Below, one piece after another: positions 52,545-61,893 of a stretch of DNA of 61,893 nucleotides. The first letter of the stretch is position 1, and every line of letters starts with the position of its first letter. A model generated the notes under the pieces. That model searched no databases. It was given only the letters and a program-made list of their open reading frames with translations, and had not been told where the DNA came from. Source of the stretch: Myxococcales bacterium. GTDB taxonomy: Bacteria > Myxococcota_A > Polyangia > JAHFDS01. The DNA is taken from NCBI GenBank assembly GCA_023248855.1, contig JAHFDS010000006.1, forward strand, positions 1 through 61,893. Direction: 5' to 3'. Both the position numbers and the translations under genes were made by a program.

Positions 52545-52547
52545 GGC

Positions 52548-53189
52548 TTGCCGACCAGGGTCAAGCGACCGGGGCGGGTCCGTCCGTATCATCACGGGGA
52601 CCTGCGTGCAGCCCTGCTCGAAGCCGTCGCCGGCATCCTGCGCGAGGAGGGCATCGGCGGCGTCTCGCTGCGCGAAGCGGCAAGGCGCGCCAAGGTGTCA
52701 CACGGCGCACCGGCGCACCACTTCCAGAACAAGGCGGGCCTGCTGACCGCCTTCGCCGCGCAGGGCTACGAGCGCCTGGGCGCGACGGTGCAGGCGACCG
52801 TCGAGGCCAGCGGGCCGGCAGATGGGGCTGCGCTGCTCGAGGCGATCGGCCAGGGGTATGTACGCTTCGCGATCGAGCACCCGGAGCAGTTCGAGATCAT
52901 GTTCCGGATCGACATGCTCGATCCGGAGGACGCCTCCTACTTGAAGTGGAGCCATCGCGCCTTCAAGCTGCTCACGCAGACCGTCGCCCGCTGCATCCAG
53001 GAGCGCCAGCTGGATCCCGAGATGTCCGAGCCACTGGCCGTGGCGGCCTGGTCGCTCGTCCACGGCCTGGCGAAGCTGTGGATCAGCGGACGCCTCGGCA
53101 AGCGGACCCGCGCGCGGGATCCACGCCTGCTCGCGGAGCAGGTGACGCGGCTTTTCGTCAATGGGATCGTGCGCGGAACGCGAGCGTAG
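52548..53189 (+). CDS. TetR-family regulator (WHG-type C-terminal domain)
   Basis: YHHGDLR, SLREAARRAKVSHGAPAHHF, WSLVHGLA. Confidence 0.92.
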   Translation: MPTRVKRPGRVRPYHHGDLRAALLEAVAGILREEGIGGVSLREAARRAKVSHGAPAHHFQNKAGLLTAFAAQGYERLGATVQATVEASGPADGAALLEAIGQGYVRFAIEHPEQFEIMFRIDMLDPEDASYLKWSHRAFKLLTQTVARCIQERQLDPEMSEPLAVAAWSLVHGLAKLWISGRLGKRTRARDPRLLAEQVTRLFVNGIVRGTRA

Positions 53190-53198
53190 ACGAGCGAT

Positions 53199-53617
53199 TC
53201 AGTGCGCAGAGGCGGCGCCCACGACGTGGGCTGCGTCGATGGCGGCCTGGGACCAGGCGCGTTGCGTGACCAGCCGGTCGTAGGTCTCGTTCTGCTCGTC
53301 GGTCCACTCGGCGAGCTCGTGATCGGCCTCGGTGAAGGCCTTCTCCGCCGCCTTGACGTCGATCTCCTCGGCCCGCTGCGCGCGGTCGGACAGCACGACC
53401 ACGCTGTCGTCGCCCGTCACCTGGACAAAGCCCGCGCCGACGGCGAACACCTCGGTCGGTCCGGCGCCGCGAAGCGTGAGCACCCCCGGGCGCAATGCCG
53501 ACAGCAGCGCCACGTGTCCCGGCAGGATGCCGAGCTCGCCGAGCGCCCCGGGCGCGACGACCTCCTCGACCTCCCGCGATGCCGCCGCGCCGGTCGGCGT
53601 CACGACCTCGACTCGCA

Positions 53618-53618
<1 letters not shown>
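53199..53618 (-). CDS. atpC: ATP synthase epsilon subunit
   Basis: VVTP, GELGILPGH; follows atpD. Confidence 0.94.
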
Positions 53619-56012
<2,394 letters not shown>

Positions 56013-56025
56013 CGCTCGGCGCCGC

Positions 56026-57564
56026 CTACGCAGCCGCGGTCTTGGTAGGCTTCCAGGAGGCCGTGAAGTGGTCGAGCAGCGCCTTGAGCGCCGCCTCGAC
56101 CTCGCCCCAGGCCTTGCCGTCGCGGCCCTTGTCACGGATGACGCCGAGCGTCTTGCCGCCGTCGCCGTTTTCGGCGTGGGAGAGCAGCTCCTGCTCGAAC
56201 TCGCGCACGGCCGACACCGGGTACTTGTCGAGGTAACCAGAGATGCCGGCGTAGATCATGATGACCTGCTTCTCGACCGACAGCGGCTGGTACTGGTTCT
56301 GTTTGAGGAGCTCCACCATGCGGGCGCCGCGCGCGAGCTGCTGCTGCGTCGCCTTGTCGAGGTCCGAGCCGAACTGCGCGAACGCGGCCAGCTCGCGGTA
56401 CTGCGCGAGATCGAGCCGCAAGCGACCGGCGACCTTCTTCATGGCCGCGATCTGCGCGGAGCCGCCCACGCGCGACACCGAGATGCCAGCGTTCACGGCG
56501 GGCCGAACACCGGCGTAGAACAGATCCGTCTCCAGGAAGATCTGGCCGTCGGTGATCGAGATGACGTTGGTCGGGATGTACGCCGAGACGTCGCCTGCCT
56601 GGGTCTCGATGATCGGCAGCGCCGTCAGCGAGCCCGCGCCGCGCTCGTTCGACATCTTGGCGGCGCGCTCGAGCAGGCGCGAGTGCAGGTAGAACACGTC
56701 GCCCGGGTACGCTTCGCGGCCCGGCGGGCGACGCAGGAGCAGCGACATCTGGCGGTACGCGACCGCATGCTTCGACAGATCGTCGTAGATGATGAGCGCG
56801 TGCTTGCCGTTGTCGCGCCAGTGCTCGCCCATCGTGACGCCGGTGTAGGGCGCGATGAACTGCATCGGCGCGGCCTCGGACGCCGTCGCGGCGACGATGA
56901 TCGTGTAGGCGAGCGCGCCTGTCTCCCGCAGCTTCTCCATCACGGCCGCCACGGTCGACTGCTTCTGACCGACGGCCACGTAGATGCAGACCATGTTCTG
57001 GCCTTTTTGGTTGATGATCGTGTCGAGCGCGATGGCGGTCTTGCCGGTCTGGCGGTCGCCGATGATGAGCTCGCGCTGGCCGCGGCCGATCGGGATCATC
57101 GCGTCGATGGCCTTGAGGCCCGTCTGCATCGGCTCGTGGACGCTCTTGCGATCCACGATGCCCGGCGCCTTGATCTCGACCTTGCGGAAGGTGTCCGTCT
57201 GGATCGGCCCCTTGCCGTCGATGGGCTCGCCGAGGGCGTTGACCACGCGACCGATGAGCGCGTCGCCCGACGGCACCTGCATGATCTTGCCGGTGCGCTT
57301 GACGAGCGCGCCCTCCTTCACCATCTCGAAGCGCCCGAAGAGGGCGACGCCGACGTTGTCCTCCTCGAGGTTCAAGACCATGCCCTTGACGTCGTGCGGA
57401 AAGTCGAGAAGCTCGCCGGCCATCGCGCCCCGAAGGCCATAAACGCGCGCGATGCCGTCGCCGGTCGTGAGCACCGTGCCGGTCTCCTCGACCTGCACGC
57501 GGGTGTCGTAGCCCTCGATGCTCTTCTTGATGATGTCGCTGATCTCTTCGGTCCGGATCTGCAT
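56026..57564 (-). CDS. atpA: ATP synthase alpha subunit
   Basis: [21 protein letters not shown]. Confidence 0.99.
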   Translation of the reverse strand: MQIRTEEISDIIKKSIEGYDTRVQVEETGTVLTTGDGIARVYGLRGAMAGELLDFPHDVKGMVLNLEEDNVGVALFGRFEMVKEGALVKRTGKIMQVPSGDALIGRVVNALGEPIDGKGPIQTDTFRKVEIKAPGIVDRKSVHEPMQTGLKAIDAMIPIGRGQRELIIGDRQTGKTAIALDTIINQKGQNMVCIYVAVGQKQSTVAAVMEKLRETGALAYTIIVAATASEAAPMQFIAPYTGVTMGEHWRDNGKHALIIYDDLSKHAVAYRQMSLLLRRPPGREAYPGDVFYLHSRLLERAAKMSNERGAGSLTALPIIETQAGDVSAYIPTNVISITDGQIFLETDLFYAGVRPAVNAGISVSRVGGSAQIAAMKKVAGRLRLDLAQYRELAAFAQFGSDLDKATQQQLARGARMVELLKQNQYQPLSVEKQVIMIYAGISGYLDKYPVSAVREFEQELLSHAENGDGGKTLGVIRDKGRDGKAWGEVEAALKALLDHFTASWKPTKTAAA

Positions 57565-57566
57565 CG

Positions 57567-58142
57567 CTAGCTCTCCAGGGGTCGCGCCATCGGCGCGCCT
57601 AGCAATTCACTTCTCATGCGGTCGAGTTGACCGCGCAAGGTACCGTCGAAGACGAGGTCGCCGAGCTTGACGACCACGCCACCGATGAGCTCGGGGTCGA
57701 CCTTCGCCTCGAGGACGACCTGTTTTTGCGTACGGGCGGCGATGGCGCGCTCGAGCGTCGCCCTGGCCTCGGGCGACAGGGCCCTGGCCGAGACCACGGT
57801 GGCGCGCACGCGCCTCGACAGCTCGTCGACCAGATCCCCCAACATCAGGGAGATGTGGACGATCTCGCTGATACGCTTGCGATCGACGAGCAGCTTGAGA
57901 AACCGCAAGACGTTCGGCGATAGATCGGCGGCGCCGACGGCAGCACCGAGGCGCTTGGCCACGGCCTCGACCACCTTGATGCGCTGGCTGACGGGGAACA
58001 CCGGGTTGAGGAGGGCATCGCGCAGCGTCTCGCTACCGCTCCAGGCCTGCGCGAACGCGGCGACCTCGCGGCCGTAGCGCTCGAACTGCTTGTCGGCGAT
58101 CCCGATCTCGAGCAACGCCTTGGCGTATCGGCGAGCAATCAC
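57567..58142 (-). CDS. atpH: ATP synthase delta subunit
   Basis: [16 protein letters not shown]. Confidence 0.95.
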   Translation of the reverse strand: MIARRYAKALLEIGIADKQFERYGREVAAFAQAWSGSETLRDALLNPVFPVSQRIKVVEAVAKRLGAAVGAADLSPNVLRFLKLLVDRKRISEIVHISLMLGDLVDELSRRVRATVVSARALSPEARATLERAIAARTQKQVVLEAKVDPELIGGVVVKLGDLVFDGTLRGQLDRMRSELLGAPMARPLES

Positions 58143-58660
58143 GCGCGTCCCTCCAGCTCCCTGGCGAAGCGCTCGACGATGCGCCGCTCGTCATCGGCGG
58201 TCACCTTCTCGCGCAGGATCTTCTCCGCCGCGGCGACCGCGGCTCGCACGGCCTCGGCCTTGATCTCGCGCTCGACACGCCCGAGCTCCGCCGCCTGGGT
58301 GCGCTCCATCTCGAGCTTGATCTGGTGCGCCTGCTCCGCCGCGGCGGCCAGGATGCGGGACTTCTCGGCCTCCGCTTCCTTGCGGAGGGCGGCCACGATC
58401 TCCGCCACTTCGTCGTCGATGCGCGCGATGCGCTGGGTGTACTCGTCGAGCCTGGCCTGCGCCGCCGAACGGAGCTTGGCGGCATCCTCGAGGCTGGTCT
58501 TGAGCTCGTCGTGGCGTTCGGCCGCCATGTTGCCGAGGGGGCGGAACAGCACCTTGCGCAGGATGAACAGGAGGACCACGAAGTTCGTGATCGCGAAGCC
58601 GAGCTTGAGCCAGTTCATGTGAGGCGGCTCGGCCGCGAGCAACAGACCGAGCAGGCTCAC
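58139..58660 (-). CDS. atpF: ATP synthase subunit b
   Basis: N-terminal TM then charged coiled coil; position before atpH. Confidence 0.9.
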   Translation of the reverse strand: MSLLGLLLAAEPPHMNWLKLGFAITNFVVLLFILRKVLFRPLGNMAAERHDELKTSLEDAAKLRSAAQARLDEYTQRIARIDDEVAEIVAALRKEAEAEKSRILAAAAEQAHQIKLEMERTQAAELGRVEREIKAEAVRAAVAAAEKILREKVTADDERRIVERFARELEGRA

Positions 58661-59175
58661 GAGGTCACCTCACGACCGAGGATGCGCACGGCCATCTGCC
58701 GCCCGAGCGACTGCGCGCTCGCGACCAGGCGGATGTGGGTCTCCTCGCGCTGCTTGGCCAGCGCCTGGTTGCTGGCAGCCAGGATCTGCTCCGCTTCGCC
58801 GCGCGCCTTGCCGACGACCTCGGCCTCGGAAGCCTTGGCCTCCGCGCGGCGCTTGACGCGCTCTTCATTTCCGATCTGGCGCGCGCGCCCGATTCGTGTT
58901 TCATAGTCGGCCAGGGTCTCGGTCGCCTTGCGATCGAGCTCGGTGGCGCGGCGCTTCTCGCCCTCGATGCGGTCCTCCCGCTCGGCCTGCAGCTTGAGCC
59001 ACGGCTTGAACAAGAGACTACGCAGGGCGGCGATGAGGATCAGGAACAGCGTGAGCTGGATGAAGAACGTTCCGTCGATGTCGAGAAGCGGCACCTCGTG
59101 GTGAGCGCCTCCGTGCTCGGCGGCGCCTTCGTGCGCTCCCGCTGCATGGCCTTCGGTAGGTTCGTGGTCGTTCAT
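58657..59175 (-). CDS. ATP synthase subunit b' with His-rich N-terminus
   Basis: DIDGTFFIQL...LFKP then coiled coil; start set at ATG 59175 because the promoter overlaps the 59262 GTG. Confidence 0.85.
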   Translation of the reverse strand: MNDHEPTEGHAAGAHEGAAEHGGAHHEVPLLDIDGTFFIQLTLFLILIAALRSLLFKPWLKLQAEREDRIEGEKRRATELDRKATETLADYETRIGRARQIGNEERVKRRAEAKASEAEVVGKARGEAEQILAASNQALAKQREETHIRLVASAQSLGRQMAVRILGREVTS

Positions 59176-59252
59176 GGGGTCGTGATGGGCGTCCAGGAGG
59201 GCTCGCGGAGCGCGCTTGACGCGGTGCTCCGGACCCCCTTCAGGCGGGCGCA

Positions 59253-59281
59253 CGGATAGCACAGGGAGATCGGCGTGTCAA
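59253..59281 (-). promoter_or_regulatory. Sigma70-like promoter of the atp operon
   Basis: TTGACA-N17-TATCCG with TG just before the -10. Confidence 0.6.
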
Positions 59282-59319
59282 CGGAATCAGTTCCGGATTC
59301 CTCTACTGGAATCAAAGAC

Positions 59320-61893
59320 TTGGACATCACTGCGGTGGACGTCGAGCACGAGCTGGTGGCGCGCTTCGGGCGTCATGGATTCAAGCGACTCAAGCCCGGG
59401 CAGAACGAGATCATCCGGAGCGTCCTGTCGGGTCGCGACACGGTGGCCATCCTGCCCACCGGGGGCGGCAAGTCCATGTGTTACCAGCTGCCGGCGACGA
59501 TGCTCGAGGGGCCCACCATCGTCATCTCCCCGCTCCTGGCCCTCATCGAGGACCAGACGCGCAAGATGCAGGAGCTCGGCATCCCGGTCGCGCGCCTCGA
59601 CTCCACGCGCAAGGCCCAGGAGAGGCGCGACGCGCTCGCAGCCGTGCGCTCGGGCGCCCGGGTCGTGTGCATCACGACACCGGAGACCCTGACCTCGAAG
59701 GCCTTCGCCGAGGCGATGCAAGGGATCAAGCCGGCGCTCGTCGTCATCGACGAGGCGCACTGCGTCTCTCAGTGGGGGCACGACTTCCGACCCGCCTACA
59801 TGGCGATCAAGCGTGCGGTGCAGGTGGACCTCGCGACCGCGGGGCGCGCACCGGTCCTCGCGCTGACCGCCACGGCCACGCGCGAGGTCGCGGAGGACAT
59901 CTCGCTCGAGCTCGGGCTGCAGGATCCGGAGTACCTGCGCGCGACCTTCTACCGCCCGAACCTCTCGTTCGAGGTGCGCCTGCTGCAGTCCGAGAACGAG
60001 AAGCTGCGGCAGCTCGGGCGCGGCATCAAGCGACTCCAGCGTCCCGGGATCATCTACTCCGCGACCGTGCGCGCGGTCGATGACCTGTGGGTCGCGCTCA
60101 AGAAGGCGCGCCTGCCGGTCGATCGCTACAACGGCAAGATGGGCACTGCGGAGCGCGAGAAGTCGCAGTCGACCTTCATGAAGAAGGGGCGGCGCGGCAT
60201 CATGATCGCGACCAACGCCTTCGGCCTCGGCATCGACAAGCCCGACATCCGCTACATCCTGCACTTCCACACACCGGGCTCGCCCGAGGCGTACGTGCAG
60301 GAGGCCGGGCGAGCGGGCCGCGATGGCCTGAAGAGCCGGTGCATCCTGCTGTTCGCGCCCGACGACGTGCAGATCCAGGAGCACTTCAACCGCGATGCGC
60401 ACCCGACCGGCGGCGAGGTCCACAAGATCTGTACGGCGCTCGGGTCGTGGACGTCGGAGGGCCGGCGCGTCACGACGCGCGACCTCGCGACCAGCGCCGG
60501 GGTGCAGGAGCGACGGCTCCGCGTGGTGCTGACGCTGCTCGAGGACGCGGGCCTGGCGCTCCAGCCGGACACGGGCGAGTGGGAGCTGGCGCGGCCGTTC
60601 ACGAACGAGGACATCGATCAGATCGCGGGGATCTTCGAGCGGCGACGCATCGGCGACAAGCGGCGCCTCGACGCGATGCTGGCGTACGCGGCGCTCGAGA
60701 GCTGCCGCGTGCAGTTCATGCGAAAGTACTTCGGGGAGGACGAGGGCATCGCCTGCGGCCACTGCGACATCTGTCGCGCCCAGGGCGTGCAGCGCCAGGC
60801 CGAGGACTTTGCCGGCTTCGACAGCCCGCATGCGAACAGACCGCCGGGCGAGGGCGGCAAGCGCAAGCGGCGGCGCAAGCGCAAGCGCGGCGGCGAGGGT
60901 CTCGTGCCGGTGGTGCACGCGAGCCACGGCGCGGCGAACGGCGTCCGCGTCGAGGGCGCGCCGGCCGGCGACGGGAGGCCGGGCGTGCCCGGCATGCCCG
61001 GCGAGGGACGACGCAAGCGGCGCCGGCGGCGGCGGCGCGGGCGCGGGGACGGACCGGTGCCGATGCAGGCCGGATCGCCCGGAGCGCTGCCAGCGCCGTC
61101 GGGCACGCTACCGAGCGGCGTCGACCCGGAGACGGGGCTGTCCTGGACGATCGAGCCAGGCGAGCAGGCACCGGTGAGACCTGCCGGAAGCGGACACGTC
61201 GCGCAGGCAGGCGGCCCCCCGGCGGCAGGCGAGCAGCGCAAGGAGAGCAGGAGCGCCCGGCGCCGGCGCAAGCGCCGCGAGAAATGGCAAGCGCGACAGC
61301 GCGAGCTGGAGGCATCCGGCGGGCTGCCCCGCGTAGATGCCCAGACGCCACTGGCCCAACCGGCTGGTCCCCCGGATGAGCATCCATCTGCGGGGCCGCA
61401 TGAGTCGAGACCACCGCGCCGCGATCGGGGTCGTGAGCGGGATCGCACGGAAGAACCGGGGCCGTCGTATGTCGCGTATCAACCGGCCGCCGCCCCGGTC
61501 GTCGTGATGGTGCGCGGCCGAGGCGCCCTTCCGGTCGAGCCTGCGGCGTCCGCGGCCCCGCAGCCCGAAGCGGCGATGCCGCAAGATGTTGTGACCGAGG
61601 CCGCACGGGTCGTGGTGGCCCTACCGCTCGACGGGCGCCCCGCCTCGGTGGGTACGCCGAGCGCGCGGCAAGGCGAAGAGCTCGCGCGTGTGGCCGGTAC
61701 GCTGGGCGTCACGCGCCGAAGGCGAGCCCCGGCCGGGCCGGGGCGCAAGACGGCCCCGCCAGGGGCCGCAGCGGTCGCGGCGGCGCCCCCGATCGCGGCT
61801 CCTCGGGCGGTGACGACCCGGCCGCCCACGCAACCCGCCAAGGCCAAGGTGCCCGCAAAGGCGAAAGCCAAGGCCAAGGCCAAGGTGCCCGTA
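59320..61893 (+). CDS. recQ: RecQ-family DNA helicase with long disordered C-terminus (3' partial)
   Basis: Hand translation, absent from ORF track because no stop falls in the window: LPTGGGKSMCYQ, IDEAHCVSQWGHDFRP, ALTATA, ATNAFGLGIDKPD, QEAGRAGRDG, CGHCDIC. Confidence 0.93.
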   Translation, partial: MDITAVDVEHELVARFGRHGFKRLKPGQNEIIRSVLSGRDTVAILPTGGGKSMCYQLPATMLEGPTIVISPLLALIEDQTRKMQELGIPVARLDSTRKAQERRDALAAVRSGARVVCITTPETLTSKAFAEAMQGIKPALVVIDEAHCVSQWGHDFRPAYMAIKRAVQVDLATAGRAPVLALTATATREVAEDISLELGLQDPEYLRATFYRPNLSFEVRLLQSENEKLRQLGRGIKRLQRPGIIYSATVRAVDDLWVALKKARLPVDRYNGKMGTAEREKSQSTFMKKGRRGIMIATNAFGLGIDKPDIRYILHFHTPGSPEAYVQEAGRAGRDGLKSRCILLFAPDDVQIQEHFNRDAHPTGGEVHKICTALGSWTSEGRRVTTRDLATSAGVQERRLRVVLTLLEDAGLALQPDTGEWELARPFTNEDIDQIAGIFERRRIGDKRRLDAMLAYAALESCRVQFMRKYFGEDEGIACGHCDICRAQGVQRQAEDFAGFDSPHANRPPGEGGKRKRRRKRKRGGEGLVPVVHASHGAANGVRVEGAPAGDGRPGVPGMPGEGRRKRRRRRRRGRGDGPVPMQAGSPGALPAPSGTLPSGVDPETGLSWTIEPGEQAPVRPAGSGHVAQAGGPPAAGEQRKESRSARRRRKRREKWQARQRELEASGGLPRVDAQTPLAQPAGPPDEHPSAGPHESRPPRRDRGRERDRTEEPGPSYVAYQPAAAPVVVMVRGRGALPVEPAASAAPQPEAAMPQDVVTEAARVVVALPLDGRPASVGTPSARQGEELARVAGTLGVTRRRRAPAGPGRKTAPPGAAAVAAAPPIAAPRAVTTRPPTQPAKAKVPAKAKAKAKAKVPV

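Noticed and set aside
59287-60927. 546-aa minus-strand ORF
   Set aside because: Antisense shadow of recQ, which has all helicase motifs on the plus strand.

Overview
High-GC (roughly 70% by eye) bacterial chromosome segment, most consistent with Myxococcota (MYXO-CTERM-like sorting signal, Hanks-type kinase, atp operon lacking a/c, split nuo). Mostly core genes, in order: GH57 branching enzyme; a peptidoglycan block (amidase, dapA-dapB-murQ-anmK); five co-oriented lipoprotein genes (LPP20-like, LpoB-like, COG3014-like, LPP20-like, Ig-like); icd-mdh-sucC-sucD-ndk-(Ser/Thr kinase)-rlmN; HEAT and OmpA-like envelope genes; iscS-iscU-iscA-hscB-hscA-fdx; an M50 protease with a partner gene; a divergent RNase Y; crcB; a PAS hybrid kinase; nuoE-F-J-K-L-M-N; dusB; an HTH-PTS EIIA fusion; prs; TetR; atpF'-F-H-A-G-D-C; and a RecQ that runs off the right edge and is absent from the ORF track. 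No mobile element, CRISPR array, tRNA or rRNA was seen. Best candidate for an undescribed system: the ISC operon is led by a Cys-rich MerR-family regulator where IscR normally sits, with a 20-bp-spacer promoter and two inverted copies of an operator-like site upstream. Other leads are the lipoprotein operon, a 30-aa ORF coupled on both sides between nuoF and nuoJ, the long Arg-patch RecQ tail and a repeated leaderless-mRNA signature. All family calls come from motif recognition by eye; no database searches were run.
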